Source: Pseudomonadota bacterium
GTDB lineage: Bacteria; Pseudomonadota; Gammaproteobacteria; Xanthomonadales; Rhodanobacteraceae
Assembly (NCBI GenBank): GCA_029779475.1
Contig: JAKPAN010000118.1
Coordinates: forward strand, 26,136-90,135
Direction: 5' to 3'
DNA length: 64,000 bases
Both the position numbers and the translations under genes were made by a program. Under the pieces are notes generated by a model that had not been told where the DNA came from, did not search any database, and worked only from the letters and a program-made list of their open reading frames with translations. Every line of letters starts with the position of its first letter. Within the stretch, counting starts at the first letter, position 1. Positions 17,282 through 27,479 of this stretch are shown here, one piece after another.

Positions 17282-17877
17282 CAGCGGCGTCCTCCCATCG
17301 GATTGGGCAGGTTGAGTCCGACGCCTTTCATGCCGCCGTTCTGCTGCTCGGGATTGACCGCGCGCAAGGTCGTGAAATGCGCCGTGCGCGGATGGCCGCC
17401 GTTGCGGCCGCCCCACGACACGACGAGATCGCATTCGTACAAATCGAACGGCGCGTCGCCCGGACCGCCCGCGCCATTCGCCATCGCCTGCGCGGCCTGC
17501 GCCGCTGCGTTGCGCGCCTGGTTCTGCGCCTGCGCCATCTGCTGCGCGTTGCCCGCGCTGACTTGCGGCGGCGGCTCGACCGCGGACGCATCGACCTTGT
17601 GGATGTCGAGATCCCAGTTGTAGGTATCGTCGAAACGGCCGCTGCTGTGGCCTTCCTCAACCGGAATGCCGACGCCGACGACGTCGAGTTTGGTCTGCGC
17701 CCACAGCGCGGCCATCGTGTAGTCCGCGGACATGCGCGTGTTGCGCATCGCCGCGGTGAGCACCGACATGAGCACGCCGATCGCGATCGCGAAGACGAGG
17801 AACGCCGCGACCATCTCGATGAGGCTGAAGCCGCGCATCGACGAACGGCTGGCGAAGGATCGGCGCGGAAGTTTCAT
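17281..17877 (-). CDS. gspI: T2SS minor pseudopilin XpsI/GspI
   Basis: RGFSLIEMVAAF motif; operon position. Confidence 0.9.
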   Translation of the reverse strand: MKLPRRSFASRSSMRGFSLIEMVAAFLVFAIAIGVLMSVLTAAMRNTRMSADYTMAALWAQTKLDVVGVGIPVEEGHSSGRFDDTYNWDLDIHKVDASAVEPPPQVSAGNAQQMAQAQNQARNAAAQAAQAMANGAGGPGDAPFDLYECDLVVSWGGRNGGHPRTAHFTTLRAVNPEQQNGGMKGVGLNLPNPMGGRR

Positions 17878-17919
17878 GGGCGAATGGACAATAACGGCGC
17901 GGGCGAGTTCGCCGGCGCG

Positions 17920-18471
17920 TTACTCGCCGCGCTCGTTGAGTTCGATGTCGCCGGTCAGCCAGGCGACGTTGATGCGCCATTCGCGCTGGCCTTGCAGCAC
18001 GGAGATGTGGCCACCCGTCGAACTGCCGTCGGGAAAGAAACGAATGCCGCCGCTGTTCGCGCCGGTCTGCTCGATGTCCGCCGTGGTCAGGCGCAGCGCC
18101 ATGCCCTTCGGCAACTGCTTGGCACCCTTGCCCGGCGCCGTGTAGGTATTGCTGTCGAGATTGAGCACGAGCGCCTGCGACTTGCCCTTCACGATCGCCT
18201 GCCCGCGCGTGTAGCGCAGCGCGGCGACGAGGTCGCGGCTCGCGCCGCGGATTTTCGCGGCTTGCAGGCTCTTGGAGAACGACACGGAAATGATCGTCAT
18301 CGCAATCGCGATAAGCAGGATCACCGCCATGAGTTCGATGAGGGTGAAGCCGCGTGTGCGCGCGGCGGCGCGAGGCAACGATCGGCGATCCGCGACCGGC
18401 AAGCGCGCGACAGGCGGCGCACATGGCGCCCCCCGATCGCGAACGTCCGATTGCAGATCGCGATCCGTCAT
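17920..18471 (-). CDS. gspH: T2SS minor pseudopilin XpsH/GspH
   Basis: RGFTLIELMAV, IRFFPDGSSTGG and VAWLTG; start uncertain (ATG overlaps gspG stop). Confidence 0.9.
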   Translation of the reverse strand: MTDRDLQSDVRDRGAPCAPPVARLPVADRRSLPRAAARTRGFTLIELMAVILLIAIAMTIISVSFSKSLQAAKIRGASRDLVAALRYTRGQAIVKGKSQALVLNLDSNTYTAPGKGAKQLPKGMALRLTTADIEQTGANSGGIRFFPDGSSTGGHISVLQGQREWRINVAWLTGDIELNERGE

Positions 18472-18899
18472 TGCCAGTTGCCGTAATCCGCGTTCACGCC
18501 GTCGCCGCCGGACTGGCCGTCCTTGCCGAGGAAGACGATGTCGAAATCGCCATGCTCGCCGGGCGCCTTGTACTGGAACGCGTGGCCGAACGGATCCTTG
18601 AGGTCGGACACCTTCGCGTACGGGCCCTGCCAGTTCGTCGCGTTGCCCGGCTTGGTGACGAGGTCTTCCAGACGCGACGGCGGCCCGCCGTTGTCGAGCG
18701 CGTAGGAATCGACGTCGCCGGCCAGTCGGCCGACCGCAGCCTTGCCCGCGCCCCACTTGCCCTTGTCGACGTTCTTGCCGACCTGCTGCACGACGATGCC
18801 GGCGACGATGCCGATGAGCACGATGACCGCGAGCATTTCGATGAGGCTGAAGCCCGCCGCGCGCGGCAGTCGTTGGATGTTGCGATTGCGCATGTTCAT
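18468..18899 (-). CDS. gspG: T2SS major pseudopilin XpsG/GspG
   Basis: GFSLIEMLAV, WQGPY, DPFGH and LGKDGQSGGDG motifs. Confidence 0.96.
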   Translation of the reverse strand: MNMRNRNIQRLPRAAGFSLIEMLAVIVLIGIVAGIVVQQVGKNVDKGKWGAGKAAVGRLAGDVDSYALDNGGPPSRLEDLVTKPGNATNWQGPYAKVSDLKDPFGHAFQYKAPGEHGDFDIVFLGKDGQSGGDGVNADYGNWQ

Positions 18900-18981
18900 G
18901 ACCTCTCTTTCGTTGATCCGATTCGATCCCGGCTCGTCCGCGACGGCCCGATCTCCAGCCCATTCGCTTCGATTCTCGGCC

Positions 18982-20199
18982 TTACTTCACCGCACCCGCA
19001 ATATTCATGATCGGCATGACGATCGCGAGCATGATCATCGCCACGATCACCGTCATCACGATCGTCGTCGCCGGCACCAATGCGGCGAGCAGGCGGTCGA
19101 GCGTGTTCTTCACTTCCACGTCGAACGTGTCGGCGACCTTGAGCAGCATCGTGTCGAGTTCGCCCGATTCCTCGCCGACGCTGATCATCTGGATCGCGAG
19201 CTTGGGGAACCGCTTGGACTGCGCGAGCGCATGGCCGAGGCCGCCGCCGGTCTTGACCTCTTCCGCCGCGGCTTCGACCGATTCGGCGAGCGCGGTGTTG
19301 GTCATGACGTTGCGCGCGACGCCGAGCCCGGACAGCAACGGCACGCCGTTCTTGAGCAGCGTGCCGAGCGTGCGCGCGATGCGCGCGGTCTCGACCTTGC
19401 GCACGATGTCGCCGACGAGTTTCATCTTGAGCAGGCGTTCGTCGATCTTCAGTCGCGCCTGCGGATCGGCCATCTGCCGGCGCAGGTAGCCGGCACCGAA
19501 CACGATCGCGGCGAGGATCAGCCACCAGAAACTCTGCAGCGTCGAACCGACCGCGAGCACGATCTTGGTGATGAGCGGCATCTCGACGTTCATGTCGGCG
19601 AACATCGGCGCGAACTGCGGCACGACGTAGATGAGCAGCACCATCAGTGAGACGAGCACCATGCCGACGAGGAACGCCGGGTAGATCATCGCGTTGATGA
19701 CGCTGCTCTTGAGCGCCGCGCTGCGTTCGAGGTAATCGGCCAGGCGCGCGAGCGTGTCGTCGAGCGAACCACCCGCTTCGCCCGCGCGCACCATGTTGAC
19801 GTACAGGCGCGAGAACGTGCCCTGCTCCGCTTCGAGCGCATCGGACAGCGGCGTGCCGCCGCGCACTTCGTCGCGGATGCGCTCGAGCATGCGCTTGGCT
19901 TTGTCGGTCTCGGGCAGGTCGAGCAGGATCTGCAGCGCGCGATCGAGCGGCTGGCCCGCACCGAGCAGCGTCGCGAGCTGCTGCGTGAACTGCACGATCT
20001 GCGCCTGGCGCAGCGTCGCGCGCTTGAACAGTGCGGCGAACAGGCTCGCCGAATCGCCGCCGTCGGCCTCGCGCACTTCGAGCGGGATGTTGCCCGCGTC
20101 CTGCAGCTTGCCGATGACGTCGTCGCGGCTGCCGAGGTCGAACTGGCCTTCGAGCACTTCGCCCGCGGGCGTGACGGCCTTGTAGTAGAACAGCGTCAT
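18982..20199 (-). CDS. gspF: T2SS inner-membrane platform XpsF/GspF
   Basis: FTQQLATLLGAG.PLDRAL, VRAGEAGG and GEESGELD; duplicated GspF domains. Confidence 0.96.
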   Translation of the reverse strand: MTLFYYKAVTPAGEVLEGQFDLGSRDDVIGKLQDAGNIPLEVREADGGDSASLFAALFKRATLRQAQIVQFTQQLATLLGAGQPLDRALQILLDLPETDKAKRMLERIRDEVRGGTPLSDALEAEQGTFSRLYVNMVRAGEAGGSLDDTLARLADYLERSAALKSSVINAMIYPAFLVGMVLVSLMVLLIYVVPQFAPMFADMNVEMPLITKIVLAVGSTLQSFWWLILAAIVFGAGYLRRQMADPQARLKIDERLLKMKLVGDIVRKVETARIARTLGTLLKNGVPLLSGLGVARNVMTNTALAESVEAAAEEVKTGGGLGHALAQSKRFPKLAIQMISVGEESGELDTMLLKVADTFDVEVKNTLDRLLAALVPATTIVMTVIVAMIMLAIVMPIMNIAGAVK

Positions 20200-20203
20200 C
20201 GCG

Positions 20204-21949
20204 TCAGTTCTCCGACGACGTCACGCGCAGGACTTCCTCGATCGTCGTGTGTCCCTGCAGCGACTTGACGAGGCCATCCTCGAACATCGTGCGCATGCCT
20301 TCCTTGCGCGCCTGTTCCTCGATCTCGCCCATGCCTGCGTGCTGCATGATGAGGCGGCGGATCGCGTCGGACATGACGAGGAATTCCATGATCGTCGTGC
20401 GTCCGAAATAGCCGGTCGGATTGGCCGCGCTCGAACCGGGTTTGTAGAGCTGGATCGGGCGTTCGTCGGTGAACGTGTCGAGCTTGTATTCCCTGACAAC
20501 CTCGGGCATCGCGGCGAACGGCGTCGCGACGGTCTTGTCGAGGCGGCGCACGAGGCGCTGCGCGAGGATGCCGTTGACGGTCGAGGTGAGCAGGTAGTCC
20601 TCCACGCCCATGTCGAGCATGCGCGTGATGCCGCCGGCGGCGTTGTTCGTGTGCAGCGTCGACAACACCAGGTGGCCGGTCAGCGCGGACTGGATCGCGA
20701 TCTTCGCGGTTTCCAGGTCGCGCATTTCGCCGATCATGATGATGTCCGGGTCTTGTCGGACGATCGAGCGCAGCGCGTGCGAGAAGTCGAGGCCGATCTG
20801 CGGCTTGGCCTGGATCTGGTTGATGCCTTCGATCTGGTATTCGACCGGATCTTCGACGGTGATGATCTTGACGTCGGCGGTGTTGAGCTTGGACAGCGCC
20901 GTGTACAGCGTCGTCGTCTTGCCCGAACCGGTCGGGCCAGTGACGAGCATGATGCCGTGCGGCAGTTCCAGCACGTTGAGGAATTTCTGCAGGAACTGGT
21001 CGGTGAAGCCGAGCGTGTGGAAGTCGAACACGACCGCTTCGCGATCGAGGATACGCATGACCACCGACTCGCCGTGCGCGGTCGGCACGGTCGACACGCG
21101 CAGGTCGAGCTCCTTGCCCTGCACGCGGATCATGATGCGGCCGTCCTGCGGCAGGCGGCGCTCGGCGATGTTGAGTTTCGCCATGATCTTGATGCGTGAA
21201 ATCACCGCCGCGGTCGATGCCGCCGGCGGCGATTCGACTTCGTGCAGCACGCCGTCGATGCGGTAGCGCACCTTGAGGCGATTCTCGAACGGCTCGACGT
21301 GGATGTCCGACGCGCGCTGTTCGACCGCACGCTGGATGATGAGGTTGACGAGGCGGATGACCGGCGCTTCCGAGGCGAGATCGCGCAGGTGCTCGATGTC
21401 GTCCTCGCTGCGCGTGGCGTCCTCGGACAGGCTTTCCACGATCGAACCCATCGCCGAACGGCCCGAGCCGTAATAGCGTTCGATGAGGTCGTCGATCTCG
21501 CTGCGCAGGCCGATGTTGAGCTTGACCGCGCGTCCGGTGGCGAGCTTGAGCGCCTGCATCGGGAATTCGTCGGCGGGATCGGCGACGAGCAAGGTCACGT
21601 CGTCGTCGCTTTCGGCGATCGGGCAGACGTGGTGATGCTTGAGGAAGCGGATCGAGGTCTGCACGTTCTGCGGCGGCGCCTCCGGAAATTCCTTCGCGGA
21701 CAGCAGCGGCAGATGCAGCAGTTCGGAAACGGCTTCCGCCATTTCGCGCTCGGAAACGAGGCCGAGCCGCGTCAGCAGCGAAACGAGGCTGCCCGATGCC
21801 GGATCTTCCTCGTGCAGGCGGCGGCCGCGCGCAAGGTCGTTTTCCTTGAGCCGCCCGCGGGCGACGAGGAAACGGCAGATGCGCTCGTCGAGGCTGGCCT
21901 CTTCAGGCGTCGGCACGAAGGCGGGATCGTCGATTGCGGCAGCAGCCAT
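20204..21949 (-). CDS. gspE: T2SS ATPase XpsE/GspE
   Basis: GPTGSGKTTT, TVEDPVE, RQDPDIIMIGEMRD and TGHLVLSTLHTN. Confidence 0.97.
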   Translation of the reverse strand: MAAAAIDDPAFVPTPEEASLDERICRFLVARGRLKENDLARGRRLHEEDPASGSLVSLLTRLGLVSEREMAEAVSELLHLPLLSAKEFPEAPPQNVQTSIRFLKHHHVCPIAESDDDVTLLVADPADEFPMQALKLATGRAVKLNIGLRSEIDDLIERYYGSGRSAMGSIVESLSEDATRSEDDIEHLRDLASEAPVIRLVNLIIQRAVEQRASDIHVEPFENRLKVRYRIDGVLHEVESPPAASTAAVISRIKIMAKLNIAERRLPQDGRIMIRVQGKELDLRVSTVPTAHGESVVMRILDREAVVFDFHTLGFTDQFLQKFLNVLELPHGIMLVTGPTGSGKTTTLYTALSKLNTADVKIITVEDPVEYQIEGINQIQAKPQIGLDFSHALRSIVRQDPDIIMIGEMRDLETAKIAIQSALTGHLVLSTLHTNNAAGGITRMLDMGVEDYLLTSTVNGILAQRLVRRLDKTVATPFAAMPEVVREYKLDTFTDERPIQLYKPGSSAANPTGYFGRTTIMEFLVMSDAIRRLIMQHAGMGEIEEQARKEGMRTMFEDGLVKSLQGHTTIEEVLRVTSSEN

Positions 21950-22023
21950 GGAAGGTCCGGGCACGGAAAGCGTTGTGGATCGTCCATTGTTCCACAAGGA
22001 CGACGCCGACGACGCCTGAACGA

Positions 22024-22722
22024 TCAGGCGCGGTCGGCAGGAGATGGAGCCGCACTATGACCTTCGGCACAGGCCTCCGGTTCCCCATCGCGGCGCACGA
22101 GTTGCTCGATGAACGCGCGATTGAACGCAACCCAGAGCACGACCGGCAGCACCGCCGGCAGGATCAGCACGCAGAACTGGTAGGCGACCGCGAGCGCATT
22201 CGGATTCAGGTGCACCTGCGCGATCGCCGCCACGCCTTCCGGCCCCGACTCGAACGCGACCACCTTGAGCGCTTCGGCGACGATGCCGAACGCCTGCGCC
22301 GCCCAGATCGCCACGAACGCGACGGCGAACTGCAGCGCGCGCCGCGCCGCCGACAACGGCGTCGCCATCGCCAAGCCCGCGAACAGCGGCAGCGACCACG
22401 CGTAGACCATCGGATTGAGCGTTGGCTCGAGCACGCCGACGCCGCCGGCCTGACCGCCGCTCGCCGCGACCGTCACCTGCACATGCGTGCCCACGGTGAC
22501 GAGATACGACGCGCGGCTCACGACGCGGCCGCCGCTGTCGAGCAATTCGCCGCCGAGCGTGACGCTGTCGAACAGGTTGCCCCACACCCCAAGCAACACC
22601 GCCTTGGCGAGATGCATCGCCGGCAACACCCACAGCGGCGCCCACGCCAGCCAGACCACGAACGCGAGCGGCAGCCAGAGCAGCGCCTTGAATGCGAATT
22701 CTCGAAGCGGCGAGCGCGCCAT
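22024..22722 (-). CDS. Exosortase-H-associated-like membrane protein
   Basis: Four to five TMs. LLWLPLAFVVW, LNPMVYAWSLPLFAGL..A and AYQFCVLILP.VLPVVLW match my recollection of the XrtH-associated family; no exosortase Cys/Arg/His motifs seen. Confidence 0.6.
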   Translation of the reverse strand: MARSPLREFAFKALLWLPLAFVVWLAWAPLWVLPAMHLAKAVLLGVWGNLFDSVTLGGELLDSGGRVVSRASYLVTVGTHVQVTVAASGGQAGGVGVLEPTLNPMVYAWSLPLFAGLAMATPLSAARRALQFAVAFVAIWAAQAFGIVAEALKVVAFESGPEGVAAIAQVHLNPNALAVAYQFCVLILPAVLPVVLWVAFNRAFIEQLVRRDGEPEACAEGHSAAPSPADRA

Positions 22723-22723
22723 C

Positions 22724-25700
22724 TCAGCCGACCCAGACGCGCGCGTTGCGGAACAGGCGCATCCACGGCGAATCCTCGCCCCACTCGCGCGGTCGCCACG
22801 ACATCTGCACGCTGCGCGCGACGCGCTCGGGATGCGGCATGAGGATCGTCGCGCGGCCGTCGTCGCTGGTGAAACCGGTCGCACCGCCGGCCGAACCGTT
22901 CGAGTTGTACGGGAAGCGCTCCGTCGCGCAACCGTCGTTGTCGACGAAGCGCAGCGCCTGCCGCGCCAATGCAGCGTCGTCGCGCGTGGCGAATTCCGCA
23001 CGGCCTTCGCCGTGCGCGACGACGACCGGAATCAGCGAACCCGCCATGCCGGAGAACAGGATCGACGGCGATTCGACGACTTCCACCGACACGAATCGCG
23101 CCTCGTACTGCTCGCTCGCATTGCGCGCGAAACGCGGCCAATGCGCCGCGCCGGGAATGATGGCCTTGAGCTGCGACAGCATCTGGCAGCCATTGCAGAC
23201 GCCGAGCGAGAACGTGCGCTCGTCGGCGAAGAACGCCGCGAACATCTCGCGCAGACGTTCGTTGTAGAGCACCGACGCGGCCCAGCCGCGTCCCGCGCCG
23301 AGCACGTCGCCGTAGCTGAAACCGCCGCACGCGGCGAGGCCGCGGAAGTCGGAAAGATTTCGCCGGCCCGATGCGAGATCGCTCATGTGCACGTCGACCG
23401 CGTCGAAGCCGGCGCGCGTGAACGCGGCGGCCATCTCGACCTGGCCGTTGACGCCCTGCTCGCGCAAGATCGCGATGCGCGGACGCGCGCCGCGCGCGAT
23501 GACCGGCGCGGCGATGTCGGCGGCGGGATCGAACGTGAGGTGCGGCGACAGTCCGCGGTCGGATTCGTCGCAGCGCGCGGCGTATTCCGCGTCGGCCGTC
23601 GCCGGGTTGTCGCGGCGGCGCTGCATCGCGTGGCTCGTCTCCGACCATGCGCGCATGAGTTCGGACCAGCCGCGCTTGAACAGCGTATCGCCGTCCAGCG
23701 CGATGCGCAGATGGCGCTTTTGCACCGGCGTCGCGACGCAATGCAAGAGCACGTCGACGCCGTGCTTGGCGAAGATCGCGCGCAAAGCGTCGCGATCGTC
23801 CGCACGCACTTGCACGAGCACGCCGAGTTCCTCGTTGAACAACGCGGCGAGCGCGTTGTCGCCCCAACCGTCGAGTTCGACGTCGAGGCCGCAATGGCCG
23901 GCGAACGCCATTTCGAGCAGGGCCGCGAAGACGCCGCCGTCACTGCGGTCGTGGTAAGCGAGCAGCAAGCCGCCGTCGCGCGCTTCACCGAGCGCGGCCA
24001 GCGCGGACTTGAAGCGCGCCGCGTCGTCGAGATCGGGCGTGTCGCCGCCACCACGGCCGAACGCCTGCAACAGCGAACTGCCGCCGAGACGGTTGTGGCC
24101 GGCGCCGAGGTCGAGCAGCCAGACTTCGCTGTCGCCGCGGTCGAGCACGAGTTGCGGCGTCAATGTGCGGCGCACGTCGCGCACGCGCGCGAAGGCGCTG
24201 ACGATCAGCGAGACGGGCGAGACGGTCTGCTGCTGCGTCGTTGCACCTGCGGAGTCCGCGCTGGAATAGCGCGTCTGCATCGACAGCGAATCCTTGCCGA
24301 CCGGAATCGACACGCCGAGCGCGGGACACAATGCCATGCCGACCGCGTGCACGGCGTCGTAGAGCGCGGCGTCCTCGTCGCCGAAGCCGGCGGCAGCCAT
24401 CCAGTTCGCGGACAGGCGCACTTCGTCGAGTTTCACGTCGGCCGCGAACAGATTCGTCAGCGCTTCGCCGACGGCCATGCGTGCGCTCGCGGCGGCGTCG
24501 ATGAGCGCGAGCGGCGTGCGCTCGCCCATCGCCATCGCCTCGCCCGCGTAGCCGTCGAAATCGGCGAGCGTGACCGCGCAATCGGCGACCGGCACCTGCC
24601 ATGGGCCGACCATCGGGTCGCGCGCGCACAAGCCGCCGACGCTGCGGTCGCCGATGGTGACGAGGAACGACTTGCTGCCGACCGACGGCAACCGCAGCAC
24701 GCGCTCGATCGCGTCGCCGAGCGCGATGCCGTCGATGTCGGGCACGATGTCGACGCGCTCGTTCGCGCGACGCGTGTCGCGTTGCATGCGCGGCGGCTTG
24801 CCGAACAGCACGTCGAGCGGCAGGTCGATGACTTGCGCGTCGACGCCGTCGCGCGCGTCTTCGAGCACGAGCCGGCGTTCCGCGGTGGCGCGGCCTACGA
24901 CCGCGAACGGGCAGCGCTCGCGTGCGCAGATCGCCTCGAATTCCGGCAGATCCTGCGGGCGCACGCCGAGCACGTAACGCTCCTGCGATTCGTTGCACCA
25001 GATCTGCATCGGCGACAGTTGCGCGTCGTCGCTCGGGATCTTGCGCAGCTCGATGCGGCCGCCGACGCCGGAATCGTTGAGAATCTCCGGGATCGCGTTG
25101 GACAAGCCGCCCGCGCCGACGTCGTGGATTGAGACGATCGGATTGCGCTCGCCGCGCGCCCAGCACGCGTCGATGACTTCCTGGCAGCGGCGCTGCATTT
25201 CCGGGTTGTCGCGCTGCACGGAAGCGAAGTCGAGCTGTTCCGAACTTGCGCCCGCAGCGACCGACGAGGCCGCGCCGCCGCCGAGGCCGATGAGCATGGC
25301 CGGGCCGCCGAGCACGATCACGCAATCGCCATCGATGAGCGTGCGCTTGTCGACGTCGCCCGCACGCAGGTTGGCGAGTCCGCCGGCGATCATGATCGGC
25401 TTGTCGTAGCCGCGACGCAGGCCGGGCGTCAGCGTTTCCTGCTCGAACGCGCGGAAATAGCCGCCCAGGCACGGGCGGCCGAATTCGTTGTTGAACGCGG
25501 CGGCGCCGAGCGGCGCGTCGCGCATGATCTCGAACGCGGTCGCGAAGCGCGGCGGCAGCGGCCGCTTGCGTTCCCACGGCCGCGGCAATTCGGGAATCCG
25601 CAAGTCCGACACGGTGTAGCCGACGAGGCCCGCCTTCGGCTTGCCGCCGCGGCCGGTCGCGCCTTCGTCGCGGATTTCGCCGCCCGAACCGGTGGATGCG

Positions 25701-26593
25701 CCCGGATACGGCGAGATCGCGGTCGGATGGTTGTGCGTTTCGACCTTGATCGCGTAAGGCACGGCTTCTTCGTGCGTGCGGAAAACGCCGTCGGCGGGAT
25801 CGGCGAAGAAGCGCTGCGCGACATTGCCTTCGATCACGGCCGCATTGTCGTGGTACGCCGACAGCGTGTGCGCGGGCGAGACCTTGTGCGTGTTGCGGAT
25901 CATCGCGAACAGCGATTGCGGCTGCGCGGCGCCGTCGACGGTGAACTGCGCGTTGAAGATCTTGTGGCGGCAATGCTCGGAGTTGGCCTGCGCGAACATC
26001 ATGAGTTCGGCGTCGGACGGATCGCGGCCGAGTTCGGCGTAGCGCTCGGCGAGATAGGCGATCTCGTCGTCGGCGAGCGCGAGGCCGAGCCGCGCGTTCG
26101 CGGCGACGAGCGCCGCACGCGCATCGCCCGCGAGCGCGACGCGCGCGAGCGGCTGCGGCGCACCGTCCGCGAACAGGCGCGCCGTGTCGGCAAGCGAATC
26201 GATGACGGTTTGCGTCATCGGATCGTGCAGCACGCGCGCGATGCGCTGCCGCGCTGCCGCGTCCTCCGGCAAAGCGTCGACGTCGAAGGCGATGCCGCGT
26301 TCCACGCGGCGCACGGGCAGTCCGCAATCGACGAGGATGTCGGTGGCCTTGCTCGACCACGGCGAGCGCGTGCCCAGGCGCGGCACGATCCACAGCGACG
26401 CAGGCTGCGGCGCGGCGTCGCGCGCTTCGAGGATTTCGCACAGTCGCGCGCGGTCGATGCCGGCGTCGGCGTCGACGAAGTAGACGAAACGCGCGCCACG
26501 CACGGCAACGCCCGGTTCGGCGCGCGCCAGGTCGGCGTTGAGACGGTCGATGCGGAACGGAGACAGCGCAGGCAGGCCGTCGAGGACGATCAT
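22724..26593 (-). CDS. purL: Phosphoribosylformylglycinamidine synthase (large, fused form)
   Basis: [33 protein letters not shown] and MPHPER. Confidence 0.98.
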   Translation of the reverse strand: MIVLDGLPALSPFRIDRLNADLARAEPGVAVRGARFVYFVDADAGIDRARLCEILEARDAAPQPASLWIVPRLGTRSPWSSKATDILVDCGLPVRRVERGIAFDVDALPEDAAARQRIARVLHDPMTQTVIDSLADTARLFADGAPQPLARVALAGDARAALVAANARLGLALADDEIAYLAERYAELGRDPSDAELMMFAQANSEHCRHKIFNAQFTVDGAAQPQSLFAMIRNTHKVSPAHTLSAYHDNAAVIEGNVAQRFFADPADGVFRTHEEAVPYAIKVETHNHPTAISPYPGASTGSGGEIRDEGATGRGGKPKAGLVGYTVSDLRIPELPRPWERKRPLPPRFATAFEIMRDAPLGAAAFNNEFGRPCLGGYFRAFEQETLTPGLRRGYDKPIMIAGGLANLRAGDVDKRTLIDGDCVIVLGGPAMLIGLGGGAASSVAAGASSEQLDFASVQRDNPEMQRRCQEVIDACWARGERNPIVSIHDVGAGGLSNAIPEILNDSGVGGRIELRKIPSDDAQLSPMQIWCNESQERYVLGVRPQDLPEFEAICARERCPFAVVGRATAERRLVLEDARDGVDAQVIDLPLDVLFGKPPRMQRDTRRANERVDIVPDIDGIALGDAIERVLRLPSVGSKSFLVTIGDRSVGGLCARDPMVGPWQVPVADCAVTLADFDGYAGEAMAMGERTPLALIDAAASARMAVGEALTNLFAADVKLDEVRLSANWMAAAGFGDEDAALYDAVHAVGMALCPALGVSIPVGKDSLSMQTRYSSADSAGATTQQQTVSPVSLIVSAFARVRDVRRTLTPQLVLDRGDSEVWLLDLGAGHNRLGGSSLLQAFGRGGGDTPDLDDAARFKSALAALGEARDGGLLLAYHDRSDGGVFAALLEMAFAGHCGLDVELDGWGDNALAALFNEELGVLVQVRADDRDALRAIFAKHGVDVLLHCVATPVQKRHLRIALDGDTLFKRGWSELMRAWSETSHAMQRRRDNPATADAEYAARCDESDRGLSPHLTFDPAADIAAPVIARGARPRIAILREQGVNGQVEMAAAFTRAGFDAVDVHMSDLASGRRNLSDFRGLAACGGFSYGDVLGAGRGWAASVLYNERLREMFAAFFADERTFSLGVCNGCQMLSQLKAIIPGAAHWPRFARNASEQYEARFVSVEVVESPSILFSGMAGSLIPVVVAHGEGRAEFATRDDAALARQALRFVDNDGCATERFPYNSNGSAGGATGFTSDDGRATILMPHPERVARSVQMSWRPREWGEDSPWMRLFRNARVWVG

Positions 26594-26667
26594 GGCGCGG
26601 AAGGCTCGGGACGGGAGCCCGCTATTGTAGTCGATGCCTGCGCGGACGCGCCGCGCGGCGACCCCGG

Positions 26668-26701
26668 AAACGCGACGGGCCGTCGCATGGACGGCCCGTC
26701 G
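26668..26701 (-). terminator. Probable terminator hairpin after the dsbC pair
   Basis: Perfect 12-bp stem CGACGGGCCGTC/GACGGCCCGTCG (26673-26701) with 5-nt loop; weak T tract on the minus strand. Confidence 0.55.
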
Positions 26702-26725
26702 GCATGGCTGTTTGCGATTCGGCGA

Positions 26726-27469
26726 TCAGCGATCGGCGAGCGTCGGCGTGGCCAGCGACTTCAGCTTGGCGACCATCTGGTCCGGATCGAGGTAGCCGCC
26801 GACCTTGTGGCCGTCGGCGGAGTAGATCGCGGGCGTGCCGTCGACGCCGACCTGCGCACCGAGCGCGAATTCCTCGGCGATCGGGTTGTCGCACTTGAGC
26901 ACGGGCGGCGTCTGGCCGGCCTTGGCGGCGGTGAATGCAGCCTTGCGATCCTGCGCGCACCACACGGAAACGGCCTTGTCGAACGATTCCGAATTCAAGC
27001 CGGCGCGCGGGAAGAACAGGTAATCGACTTCGATGCCGCGCTGGTTGTACTCGGCGATCTGCGAGTGCAGCTTGCGGCAGTAGCCGCAGTCGAGATCGGT
27101 GAACACGGTGATCTTGTACTGCGGCTTGCCGTTCGGCGCGAACACGATGCGCTTGGCCTGCGGCACGGCGTCGAGCTTCTTCTTCACGTCGACGGCGAGG
27201 CGCGCGCCGGTGAGGTCGCGCTGGCTGCCGGTATCGAACAGCTTGCCCTGCATGATGTATTTGCCGTCATCGCTGACGTAGACGAGCTGGCCGCCGATGA
27301 TGACCTGCTGGAAGCCGGGCATCGGCGCGGTTTCCACTGCATCGACCTTGGCCTGCGGCACGAGGTCGGTGAGCGCCTTGCGTGCGGCGGCCTGTGCGGG
27401 CGTGTCGGCGGCCTGCGCGGCGCCTGCGGCGCAGAGCGCGGCAAGAGCCGCGGCATGGAGAAAGTTCAT
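26726..27469 (-). CDS. dsbC: Thiol:disulfide isomerase DsbC (CGYC)
   Basis: Signal peptide, YVSDDGKYIMQG dimerisation domain, FTDLDCGYCRKLH, GVDGTP. Confidence 0.92.
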   Translation of the reverse strand: MNFLHAAALAALCAAGAAQAADTPAQAAARKALTDLVPQAKVDAVETAPMPGFQQVIIGGQLVYVSDDGKYIMQGKLFDTGSQRDLTGARLAVDVKKKLDAVPQAKRIVFAPNGKPQYKITVFTDLDCGYCRKLHSQIAEYNQRGIEVDYLFFPRAGLNSESFDKAVSVWCAQDRKAAFTAAKAGQTPPVLKCDNPIAEEFALGAQVGVDGTPAIYSADGHKVGGYLDPDQMVAKLKSLATPTLADR

Positions 27470-27479
27470 GGAGTGTTCC

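Noticed and set aside
10383-21949. No separate gspC, gspO or gspS in the T2SS operon
   Set aside because: Normal for Xps-type systems: XpsN is the GspC equivalent, and prepilin peptidase is shared with the type IV pilus.
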